64,000 nt of DNA from Thalia democratica (Eukaryota). The translations under genes were made by a program, and so were the position numbers. Shown here piece by piece: positions 12,544-25,500 of the stretch (its first letter is position 1; every line of letters begins with the position of its first letter). The notes below the pieces were generated by a model, which was not told the DNA's origin, did not search any database, and was given only the letters and a program-made list of their open reading frames with translations. Location: assembly GCA_965202585.1 (NCBI GenBank), contig OZ241828.1, forward strand, positions 24,738,001-24,802,000, written 5' to 3'.

Positions 12544-15500
12544 TTTTTTTAACAAAGCCCTTTAGGTGAACTTTGTGTTGAAGAATTTAACTTATTTCTA
12601 TATATGTATATAATTAGAAGTATTTAACCTAATCTAACTACCAAGTAAAACTTCTTTTATAAACCAATTAAAAACCTGTTAAATTGACTGAAGCTAGATT
12701 TAAGCCAATGGAATTAGACAAAAAGCAAAGATTAAAAGTTTTCGTTACGTAAATAAACTCGTTGTACATAAGAAACCACAGTTGTTAAAATAAATTTTTA
12801 GAAAAACAATTTGCGTAACTTTAACGCCCGGGCATCAGACATGAAGTAATAAACCAAAGAATAATACGTATAATTACTGTTAAAGAAAATTGTTTGTTAA
12901 AATTCTACAATCATTAAAAGCTGAGTTTTTATTACTTGTAAGTTTCACTTTTGGTTTTATATACTTAGCTTAAAGCTATAATCCTTTAACTTTTATGTTA
13001 CACTCAAAATAACATTAAGTAAGAAAATATTGTGATATAAAAAGGCTTGTAAAAATTAACAGTTAAGTTTTAAAATATAGAAGTTAAGTTTTAAAAACTT
13101 TTGTTAAAGTTTAGCGATTGTTCCATAACTAAAATGTTATTAAGTTGTAAGCATTGCAACAAAAAACTACTTTTAGTAGGATTATGTGTCATAGTTTTTC
13201 TATAAAATAGAACAACTAATCAAATAAGGTGATACTACAATTGCTAGTTAGGTGATTTTACATCAGCAGGTAAAATTGTTTACTGTGAGAATAAAATTTT
13301 ATGTGACAAAGTTTTAAAACTATTTTATATAATTGATTTAGGTAAGAACAACCCAAGTTTGACTATTTTTTTTTAAATTAAGTTCAATTTTATAACTTTA
13401 ATAATTTATATTAAAAATTAAGTTAGTTTTTAAATCTGTAAGTTTATAAAAAAAAAGCCATTATATTTCCTTAAAACGTTCGACAAGTAGTTTCAAACTT
13501 ATTTAGCCGGTGAAATATTTTTGCATATCGAAAACACGTGTATTATCAGCAACGTTGTGTTAAACCAAATAGATTAATTAAGCTTTCAACACCCGGCAAA
13601 ATTAGTGTTTTGGAATTATATCAATTCGTTTGTGATAAATAAAAGTATCTTAGCAAAAGAACCAATGAAAATAAAATTTGACCTCATGGGTATTTTCTTT
13701 AATATTTTTTAATTTAATTGGTTTTAAATGAACTTTTATGTTAAAACCTAATAAAAGTCTTAGTCTAATAAAAATTTTGGCGTTAACTGATTAAATTTAG
13801 CTTTACAGAATTGTAATTTCAAACTTTTAAAACATTTTATAAATTATACTAGATAACCTATATTTTATAGTTTATTAGTTTAGTTTCGTTGCATAAATGA
13901 AATATGTTGTAATTTGAAGTAAAACCTAAATTATAGAGACGCACTTTTCACACCGTATAATAAAATACTAAATACAGTAGTATTAGGTGTTTTGTTGGTT
14001 ATTGAGCTTTTTTGTATAAAAAAGGAAACTTTCTGATTACTTATAAAATAAAATCAAATATTTAAACTTTTTATGTAAACATTATTTTTAACAGGTTACA
14101 TTTAACAGTTAGTATTATATAAAAGTCAAAATAAAATTTAAAGTAAACATAAAAGGCATGTTTTTAGTTTATCTAAATAGTTTATACATAGTGATAAAAT
14201 ATAGTTGTTAAATTTCTGAACAAAATTAGTTTAAATGTCTAACAAAAACTTTATTGAAATATCAAACCAAAAAAATTAAAGTTAAAATTAATATTTCAAA
14301 ATTGATTAATATAAAGTTTAAATGAAAAAAGTTTCACTTTTTGTTCAATAACCTTGAAGTTACCTAACAACGCAAATGGACTTAATTTATATAAAATAAA
14401 ATTCTTACAACACTTTTTACAAGAAAAAAAACATATTTACGTAGGTTTGAAATAATCAGTTTATGTAAGCGGTAAAAGTATTGTTTTTATATGTCAAGTA
14501 GTGTACTTCACGAGTTAGAAGTTATTTTTAAAGCTTTAAAATTGTTTTAAGTATATCAATCCTACTAAACGAAAATAGTTCAAACTTTAAAAACATTAAA
14601 AAAGATTTTATCCAAATTTAACTTTTGTCTATAAAGTAACTAACTTTTCTAGCAAAACAATAAGTAGTAAAACTATTTATATAATTTTGTCTATAATGAC
14701 TTTGTAACACAATGTTATAGTAAATCATCCAATTTTTGTGGCTCAGTTTGTAGGTATACATACGTCTTAAATGAAAGTAATATTAGCCAATAATAGTTAC
14801 ACATTTTAGTAATTTACTGAGAAACGAAGTTTTGCCATGAGAAAACTATACTTTACATTTTAAAAACCACAAAATAAAAAGTTTGTTAGTGTCTGTCGCA
14901 AAAAACTAAAGCTTAGCCGTTAAGATAAGTAAGAAGTATCATTAACCGATCTATGAGGTATATACTTGTATATATATATACACTATTTTGAAATGTTTAA
15001 AAGCAAACAAAAGTTTTTTACCTAAATTAAAGAAATCTTTTTCAGTATACATGTGTTTATTATCAAGTGGTTTACTTTATTTTTCCGTTTCTATTAGTTT
15101 TTTATTTATTTAAAACTGATTAGTTTAATTTTTGTGATGAAGACAACTTAGCCATTGTTTTAATGAAGAGTTTAATAAAAAAAACGAACACAAAACCTTA
15201 AGAAACGTTAACATTATTTCTCATTTAAAATTTTTAAACCTTTTTTTTATTAGTTGTTAATGAGGCTTTGGTATAGTTGTGTACTGATACTTAATATAGT
15301 AAAATTACAAAATAAAATATATAAAATTTACTTTAAAAAACTTTTCTGTAATTTTTTTTTCAAGTTTTTTTTTTAGCTTGTAAGCGTTTTATAACTAATT
15401 TAATTACAAAAATACAAAGCTTTATTATCAAATCTATAATCATTAACTTTTTTTTGTAAATATTATCTTATATACAGTTGTGATAAGATAAAGAAATAAG

Positions 15501-17329
15501 TACTTATCAAGTAATGGGAAAAGACATAATTCGTTTATGTTGTCTGTGTGAACGTATTAACTTTGGAGTTTTATAAACAACTGTCAAATAGAATTTACAT
15601 AAAACACATTATCTGTTTTACGTACATATCGTTACAATTGACGTAAATTTAGATTTTTAGGACTTTAAGAAACTTTCATTTTTTTTTAATAGATTTTCAA
15701 ACAACTTTTTTTATACTTTTAAAGTTCCAAATTTTTTAAGTGAAAACTAATTAGCATTTTTACTAACAGTTTAGTTATACTTCTTTAATTTGTAAATTAT
15801 AATTGAAGTGCCATTGCAGAACTTTATGTTTGTTGGAAACAACCATAGTTTACGAACGCAATTATTAACAATAGTACAATACAAGAGAAGTGAGATTTGA
15901 GAACTTTTTATATAAAAACGCTGTTTTTAAAGGCTACAACGTATTTTATTTTATTTAGTTCTGAACTATGACGTTAACAAACTGGTTTACGACTCGATAA
16001 CCAAAAGACTCCTTTGAAAGCAACAATGTTTTTTTTTCTAATATTCTCATTTTGAATCGGTTTAGATCAAAAAAATTATATGTTAGATAATATTCTATTA
16101 CAAAATTTTCTAATTTATTTTCAATAAAGTGTTGTCTAACTTTATTTTAACAGATATTAAAAACTTGTAGATTAATAAAAAAAGCCTTAAATTATCTTTT
16201 ATTTAAAGAACCAGTTAGACCTAACTAGCTTTCATAAGGTTAGGATAACGACAACTTACTTTGTATTAGGGTATATTTAAGTTATTAGTCAAAACTATAC
16301 CTTGTAAGTTTAAAACTTATAACATTTCTGAATTTTACTAAATTAAAATAGTTTATTACATCTATAACAAGTAACTAAACAGTTACTTAATTATAAATCA
16401 AATAACCACCTCTTTGCTTTTTATTTTTAGTAAAAAATAATCAACTTACTGCAGTATAACGTCTGTTGTTAGAAAACAGCAATACAAAGTTTTACAAATC
16501 AAAATTGCTAATTATTTTAATTTCAAGTTTAAATTTAAATTTATATTTATAGTTTCTAACTAATGAATTTCTGCTTAATAAAATATGGTTTATTATTAAA
16601 AACAGATTTTATAGTTTTCGTTAACCGCTTTTAAATACTTAATGTTTGTACAAACAATAAACTTACCTTGCAAACCCTATGTATAAACCAACCAGTTGTT
16701 TAAATGTAAATAAATTCAACTAAATTTTATTTAAATTAAGATGTTAAAGTCAAAAGAAAAACTGAACAAGGTTCTATAGGAAACAACGTTGTTACTTTTA
16801 ATACAAAATAATCAATTAATACAGTATAACTTTTCTTGTTAGTAAAAAGTAGCACAAAGTTTTTCAGTTTAAATTTGCAACTTATTTTGACTATAATTTT
16901 CAGAATTTTATAACTAAATTTTTTAAGTGTTTATAAAAAACAATAGAATTACTAAGCAAACCCTTTGTATTGACCAAAAAGGGTTCAAATTTAATCAGAT
17001 AAAGCTTAAAGTACTTTACTTGAAACTATTTACTGTGACCAATAAAATAAACCGAACAAACTTCGATAAAAAATATGTTACGTAAATGAACTCAAATATC
17101 TATCAGCTGTTTGTAGGGTATAAAACCGTTGAAAACAATTTACGTAACTTTAAAGGCCACGTCGGTTGTAATTTATAAATTTATCACACACCTTATTTAA
17201 GTTGAACACTAGACTATAAAACAGATCAAAAGTAAAATACATGTTCTTAGGTTCAATGACTAGCTTAAAAAACTCGGTTGCAACGTATTAAAAATTTTAT
17301 GTTTAATTTTAGATAAACAATTAATGTGT

Positions 17330-17690
17330 TTTTTACTCCCAGACTGACAAAGTATTTGAACCAATGAAAGACCTTAGTTCTTTTGATTGAGAACAATTAC
17401 TTAATTTATTCAATCTATAAAACCGCGTGTCCAATTAAGTCATAGATACACGTGTAGTAAGTTTCAATCCAAGAAGAATATACTTGCGCCCGGTACAAGT
17501 TACAACTTGGATTGAATTCAATTAGTTTACTCTTAGAGTACAGAGGTCTATATTGAACGCTTCAGCCAGTAGTAATGCCTACAAACCGGTTACTACTTTG
17601 CATATTCAATTAAAAAAAAAATTCATTGGCTAGACATGCGGCAAACTAACAGAGTAAGTCCAATTAGAATGTCTAGATAAAATTTTTGTC
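17330..17690. promoter_or_regulatory. Dense cis-regulatory-like module
   Basis: Several CCAAT/ATTGG boxes, an E-box CACGTG (~17449) and TTGCGCCC (~17484) in a locally GC-richer patch. Confidence 0.35.
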
Positions 17691-18639
17691 AAGTGATATT
17701 CAAACAGCAAAAATTACATATAAGTAAATTATAACTAATTTAAATATAGTGAGACAATAAAATTATTATAGAGAAGTATTGTTATTACATCTATTTAATA
17801 AGTTAGATCGTCTAAATAAAATCATATTTTTACCTTAAAAGCACACAACTATAAAGCCAGTACTAGCCTACCGGATTCAACGACAATGTAGCCAATAAGG
17901 AAAGACTTATTACTAGCAAATATATAACTTACATAAACTTATACGTTGTCACTATTTCAAACTGTTGCAACACTTTTACAGGAATATTAAAATTTTTACG
18001 TAAGTTTATGATTTTAGTTTATGTAAGTTGTAAATTGGTTGTTTTATTTATTAAGTGCTTTTTGAAAGTTTTTACAGCTATTTTTTAGTTTTAAATTTTT
18101 AACTCCTAAAACTTAAATTTTATATTTTAAGTTTAACTAACTTTTTTTTTCCATTTTTTGCTTTGAAAAGTTTAAGAAATAAGTTAGTATTATTATAAAA
18201 AAAATACATTCCACAATAGAAATTTTAAAATTCACAAAAAACTTTGATAAATAAGTAAATAATTACAAGTTTTGTTTTGCTTTATAAAAATTTTATCATA
18301 TATTCTTTACAAAAACATAAAATTAAAGGTTTTTAATAACTTAACAAAATATAAGTTTAACATTTATTAAACAACAAAGATGTTTTGGTTAGTTTGAATG
18401 CTTATGAAAAAAAAAAAAAACATAACTAATCAAGTAAGGAAAAGTTTAAAGATTTAAACCTTAAAAAAAAATCATGTCTTGTTATTACACATTTTTGGGG
18501 AAGTGTTAACGACAATAGAAATATTCAAAGATGGATTTGTTTTACCTTTCATACTAAAATAAACTTTAAGAACTTTTTTAAAACAAGCTCTAACAACGGT
18601 AAACAATTTAAACAATAAAACAGCCCTCTATTCTATAAC

Positions 18640-20372
18640 GTGTATTATTGCTTTGTTAATGTTTACTATTTAAGCTACACATTTTTAGCGGTATACTTCA
18701 TGTTTAAAGTGCTAATAGTCTATTGCCTCTATAAATGTAGTTGAACTTGAGCAATAGTCAAGAGATCATTGAAATAGTACAAATTTACGTAACTTAATAC
18801 ACCTCTCAAAATCTAATAGAGTTGGCCAATCAGAGCTAACCATTTCGGTACATCCACAAAGTTTGTAGAAGCACTACATTGGAGAAAGTTAAGCAGCTCT
18901 AAGATATATTTTTTGGCTCATATATTTTTAAATGAAAAAAAAACACCTTAGTTTTTCTCCATTTTTTTTATTTCATTTTTTAATTGTATAACTATTTAAA
19001 ACTAGAATATGTCTTTTTTCAATATAGAGGTGCAAAACAAAAATAAAGCTAATCAATGTTATGTTAGAAAATTCGTCTGTTTTTATAAAGACACTGTAAA
19101 TTTTTATTTTGTAGTTTAAAAACTTTTTTTATCATCTGTATAACTAAAACATCACATACGTATACTTTTCAACACATTTTTTTATGGATATTGTAAAAAC
19201 CAACACTTGTATTTAACTTCTTACACAAAACTGCTTTAATAAGAGCTCAAGAAGTTTAATATTTTTTTACTACTTACACAACTTAAAGTACTCGTTGGGG
19301 TTTTCATGTTTAACATTTATACAATACTTTTTTAACGATAAACTATCTTCTTTTTTTATAAAGTATACAATAAAAATCTTCAATTTTAAGTAGTTATTTT
19401 AGTGTGATAAATTATCATGTGTCTTATTCAATACGTTGCATGTAACTAAGTCCCTTCACATGCATAAATTCTGAATTAATTTAAACAGACAGGTATTTGC
19501 AATGTGTATTATTGTTTTGTTAATGTTTACTATTTAACCTACACATTTTTAGCGGTATACTTCATGTTTAAAGTGCTTATAGTCTATTGCCTCTATAATT
19601 GCAGTTGAACTTGAGCAATAGTTAAGAGATCATTGAAATAGTAAAAATTTTACGTAAGTAAATACACCTCTCAAAATCTAATAAAGTTAGCCAATCAAAG
19701 CTAACCATTTCGGTACATCTACAAAGTTTCTAGAAGCACTACATTCGAGAAAGTTAAGCAGCTCTATGATATATTTTTTTGCTCATATGTTTTTAAATGC
19801 AAAAAAAAAACCTAATTTTTCTCCATTTGACTACTTTTTTTTTTCAAATTGTGTTAATATTTAAAACTAGAATACGTCTTATTTAATTGTAGAAGTGCAA
19901 AAACAAAAACATAGCTAATCAATGTTATGTTAGAAAATTCGTCTGTTTTTATAAAGACACTGTAAATTTTTACTTTATATTTTAAAAATTGTTTATATTA
20001 TCTGTATAACTAAAACTTCTACATACGCATACTTTTCACCACATTTTTTTTTAATGGATATTGAAATAAATTAACACTTTATTTAACTTGTTACACAAAA
20101 CTATTTTAATAACACTTTAAAAAGTTTAATATTTTTTTACTAATTTATATAATTTAAAGTACTCGTTAGGGTTTTTATGTCGAACATTTATACAATATTT
20201 TTTTAATGATAAACTATTTTTTTAAAATAAAGTATACACTAAAAATCTTCAATTTTAAATAGTTGTTTCAGTGTGATAAATTATCACGTGTTTTTTCCAA
20301 TACGTTGCATGTAATTAATTATTTTCACATGCATTAATTCTAAATTAATTCAAACAGACAGGTATTTGCATG
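18640..20372 (+). repeat. Tandem duplication of a ~865-bp unit, with a partial third copy at 20915-21050
   Basis: Both copies start GTGTATTATTG(C/T)TTTGTTAATGTTTACTATTTAA (18640, 19504) and end AAACAGACAGGTATTTGC, with high identity throughout. Confidence 0.95.
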
Positions 20373-21899
20373 TTTTGAATACTTTTACTGTAAGAACCTA
20401 TCAAAAGCCATGTGAATTGATAAAGTTAAAGCTCATTGGATAGGCTATATGGGTAGCAATAGTTTTAAATACTTTTCAAAATATTTCAAACCTTTCTTTT
20501 AGTGTGTCTCAAGCTAAAATATTATTATGTCATTTTTGTAAACATTTATAGATGTTTTAGTTTTTATAGAATAAATTAAAATCAAATTTTTGGAAAGCTT
20601 ATTTTTGTATTATTTCCAAAAAGATAAATAAGTATTTATTTAAAGAGGACTGAGGTTAAATATCATACGTAAAATTCTAATATGTGTCGTTATCAAGTAC
20701 TTATCTAAAAATTTTAAAGGAAAAAACACAATAAAATTATCCTTAATTTAAATAGTTGTAAAGTTTAATAACGATTTACTCTTATAGAAGATATATTTTA
20801 CAATTCTATTCAAAACTTTTTCAATTGACATTTTGAAAGAATTTATAAACGACAACTGTTCAATTTCTACTTAATTATGTTTTAATAACACGTTCTTTTC
20901 AAAATGCTTCTAAATGCACTTGAACTTGAGCAATAAATAAGTGATCATTGAAATATTAAAGTGTGGTAGTAAAACTTTACGTAAGCACATACCTCTTGAA
21001 AGCTAATAAAAGTAGCCAATGGTAGCTAACTATTTCGGTGAAAGTTTGGAAAGCCGCCTATGTCAAAAATCTAAGCTAAAAACGTGTACTACAAAGCTAC
21101 AAATAGAAAAATTTCACTCAAAAAGATGATAATAGATTTGTGTATGTACAATGTTTAATAATAGAAAAAATAAAGTTAACCACTAAAAACTAACAAGTTT
21201 TTAATTATTTTTACTGAGTTTGCAGTTTAATGAGATTTTACTTTTGATTATTTGAAAACTACGGTAGGTCGTTTTATAGGTTTACTTTTCTACAACTAGG
21301 ACACCCATAAAAAGACCGACCATTCATTTTAAGTTTTATAAGTGTTACGTAATTTCAAAAAAAAAAACTATAAGCCTTAAGAGACCAATTATAATCTAAC
21401 CTAACTTAAAATAAATTGTAAAAAAGTTTACTAAAAATCTTCGCTATTATAAATAAAAATTATAAGTTACTAAAAAAAATTATTTTAAAACTTAATATTA
21501 AAAATTTAAAAAAGTACATATTTTAAAAAAAATAATTAAAATTTTTATTTACAGTAAAGCATCAGTAAAGTATAAAAACTATATTTAGTAATGCTATTAC
21601 CAGCAAAAAAATTTGTTTTCAATAACACTTTAAATACTTAGCACAACGTTTGAGGATTGTTTTAACAACAGTGTTACTAAAAATTTATGATATGTTTTAA
21701 AACAAACACTACATTTCTAGTAACACTATTGTTTAGTAAATAAGTATAATTTTAATTCCCACAGTTTTTAATTAGCTAAAGGTTTTTATGAAAAATTATT
21801 TAAAAAAAAAGTTTTTTTGTGTCAAAGTTTAGTATATACTTTCAACATGCAAACTGTAAATGTAGGAAATTTTACTAAAAACAATGATTATTTTTTTAT

Positions 21900-24800
21900 A
21901 GTCCCAACACTTGTGCCGTTTTATTTTAAATAAAACGTGATCATAAAGACAGCTTTAAAAAGCTAGTAACATTATAGTACTAAATAGCACAATTAACCGT
22001 ATTTTCAAGTGCTTTAGTGTCAAAAACATTGCTTGCGACTTGACAGAAACTGAACTTGACAGAAGTAGATTTCATTAGCTAAAATTTTGTAGGTGTAGAT
22101 CTGTCAAATTTAAACTGCTTATTAGATTATTTCTAACATCTTTTAAAAAAACATTTCTTAGCTTCCTTCCGTTTCAAAAAAATAATGCATTCAATTTTTT
22201 TTTAAATAATCTTAAAACAAGTAAACAAGTTATTTTGTATTCTGTAATGTAGATAACTAGAAGCATAATATATCTAACATTTGTGAATTTTTGCTTAAAT
22301 ATCAAAATTACTATAGCTAAATTCTTTTTTTATTTTTATATTGTTTAAATTTAAGCTTAATAGCTGTAAAAAATTTATTGTGAATTTTTTTTATTTAACT
22401 GATAACTGCTAAGCTTTAGCGTGAAAAAATTAAAACCAAAAGCGAATACACAAATGTTACATAAAATAAAACTTCAACTTATTGCACTTTATAGATCTTT
22501 TAGAAGCGTCTTTAACTACGTGATTGTATATGTAGCCAAAAATCTTACGTAAGTAAGAAATTATATTTAAAAAAATTTAAACACGGATTTTTTATACTGC
22601 TTTAACCGACTTGTAAAATTTAAATAGTATTACTAGTAGTATCTATATCAGAGATGTTAAAATGCTAAAAGTTACTATGGTAATTCAGCAATGAAGTGTT
22701 TTATTTTTGGTTTGTTTTAAGTTAGTAATTTCACGCTTGAGTAAACAAAGCAGAGCTTTTTAACATGTCTGATCTATATTATATGTCTCGTTTTTATAAA
22801 CAATTTTAATATTTCAAAATTTATTTGTGTCAAAGTTAACTTTTTTTTTGCACTATCTTTAAAATTGTATTTGTGTGTATATAGAACTTTGCTGATAATT
22901 TATTTTTGTTGCAACAAAGTTTTTAACATGTAGCTTTAAAATGTCGTATATGCTTGTTTTAATTAAATAAAAACTGTAAGTTTAAACAAACCTAAACTTA
23001 TTAGTTACATGTCTATTAGTTTAAATGTATTTAATAATTTTGAGTTCACAGTTTATATAGTACAGGTTTTATTTTTTACAGTAACATAACTTATATTTTG
23101 TAAAGCAACTTTTGCATAACGAAGTGTAAAGGTGAAGTACAATAAAGTGTTTAAAGCTTGTAAGACGTTTTTTCATTAGGTGTTAATAACTAAAATGGAA
23201 CTCATTCAGCTAATTTACATAAGTATAAAGGCGTATGCATGTGTGAAATACTACAGCTAATAACAACCATGTGACTATCTAAACTTTAACTTCATTGGCT
23301 AGACGTGTACTTTGGTTCAAGTGGGTGGTCCAATCGAAACGTTTTATTCAATTGTTTTGAACGTCTGTTAGCATTTATGAGTTTTAAGTTGTGGTTTAAA
23401 GCAAAGTTTAAGTCAATTATGTAAATTAAGCGCCATATAGGAATATAGTTTCGTCTTTGAGTATCTTTATACTGCTACACAGGGCTGTTTTTAAAAATAC
23501 TTTAAACGTTTGTGTAAAATTAAAGAAATTTTTTTAACATCAGTCTTATAAAACGTTGTACATACTTCTATTCCAAACAATAGACTTTTATTCTATAAAG
23601 TAGCATCGAGTTTTGTTTTGTTTATTTTTAAATAAAACATAGTCATAAAGACAATTTGAAAAGCTAGTAACATTTTATTACTACATAGCAGAACTAACAG
23701 TATTCTTAAGTGTTTTTGTGTCAAAAGTATCGCATACGACAAAATTCATTTTTACATTTATTTTAAGAATTACTGTTTCTAAAACATTGAAGAACTAAAT
23801 TCTTTAGAAGTAATAAGTTATAAGTTTTTTTATGATAAACTATTACGAACTTTAAGGTAATAATTCGCATTGACTTTTACACACGGCACAGGCATTAATA
23901 TAAAAATAATTCAGTTGATTTACAAGTGTTTGTAATTAGAATACTTTACTTTATGAGAAAGTTTTCACTGGCTAAAATTTTAGGCAGTCAATAGTCTAAT
24001 TAGAAATGCCAATTATAATTTTACAAAAATACTTTTAGAATTCATAACGTTTGAACTGATTGGTGTTTTTTTTCAGTAGCATTAATAATCTATAGTTGTG
24101 TTTCAAATGAATATTGTTTAGTTTCTGTTTTTGTAAAACACGTATTTATGAAAATTCTAACTAATATAAAATCAAGTCAAGAAGTTAAATTAAGTTAAAA
24201 ATATGTGTTTTAAAATATAGATAATATCTGGAAATCTATACCTAAGATTTAAAGATTTATAAAGTTGTTTCACAAAAACAGTTCTTTAAAGTAGTCCTGC
24301 CTTAATGTTTAATTTTTTAAAATCTAAGATAAATCCTATGGAAAGAGTTATTACACTAGAAAAGTTAAATCAAACAAGTTTTTGTGTAAGTTTGTTGTAC
24401 CATATAAGAAGTTTAATTTTTAATCAACTAAAAGCTAAGTACACATATGATGTATAAGTTAATGGTTTCTTGAAATTGAAGCAACACTTTATAGATCTAC
24501 TCGTCTAAAACTACGTGATTGCATGAGTAGCCAAAACTTCATATGTAAGAAGAGAATTAAATCAATAAAAAAGATCTATAGTATATGCGTAAAATGTATG
24601 ACTATAATACTTAAAGTTGCAGAAAGTATCTTATTTAAAATCTGTTTGTCAAAAATTTTTAAACTATAGTGTGTAAAAAACAAAACTTAAAAATGTATGT
24701 TTAAATCATTATGTCATAAGCTTTATTTTGTTTCTTAATGTAAATTAAACCTACAAGACTTATTGTAATTCTAACACAAAAGATAAGTTATTAAAAGAAA

Positions 24801-25500
24801 AAAAAGTCAACTTTAAAATGTCTCTTTAGTAAACATAAAAGTCTTGAGTAAATTTTATTTTCTAAACAAAACATTTTTGTATAATCCTTTTAAAAGTTAG
24901 GTATATTAAGTTTAAATTACCTGCAATAATTTCGTTTTAAACATAAAAAAATGTTTTTTCATATGTAAAAAAATATATAAAACTTAGCTTATTTAACGTT
25001 TTTTACAGTACATATATAAAAATATTTGTCAACTATAAAATAAAAGACGATAGAATTTAGAGGTTACCGCAAAAAATACTGTAACAGCCACAGAATACAA
25101 TCAATTTTTTGAACTAATAACTGAGTTGATTTAATAACAGATAAGTCTTATAGCATTTTGAAACATTCTTCATAAGTTTCTTTTATGTTTTCTACAGTAG
25201 TTTAAGTAATATTAAGAAACGTTTTTACACTCCAAGTATTAACATAAAATACTACACTATGCCCAAATTTTATAAGGCCTTTTACCACTCGGTATTAATT
25301 GCTAAACTGGAATAAATTAAGCTAATTTACATAATTATAAAGTTGTAAGCATGTTTAGAACAGTTCAGCTAATGAAAACCATGTGACTAACTAAACTAAA
25401 GCTTAATTGGCTAGACATTAACTTTACTTATAGCGAATGGTTCAATCAAAGTGTCGGAATTTATTGTTTTGAATGTCTGATAGTATTTACGAGTTAGCAC
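21900..25500 (+). repeat. Diverged tandem duplication of a ~1.7-2.1 kb unit
   Basis: Paired blocks 21920-22040/23625-23740, 22480-22570/24481-24565 and 23190-23390/25310-25500. Confidence 0.85.

Larger units (their letters stand above)
1715..15830 (+). repeat. Diverged tandem duplication of a ~6-8 kb noncoding unit (~1.7-9.6 kb and ~9.6-15.8 kb)
   Basis: Collinear paired islands: 1790/9611, 3390/9690, 3500-3730/9800, 5260/11590, 5841/11698, 6600/12690, 6900/12800, and a long block 7690-9605/13490-15830. Partial third-copy pieces lie near 16.4 and 17.1 kb. Confidence 0.8.

Noticed and set aside
16755-16800. Hammerhead-like CTGAACA...GAAAC-AACGTT-GTT
   Set aside because: The core G8 is missing, there is no convincing stem II, and it has no homology to the two real loci.
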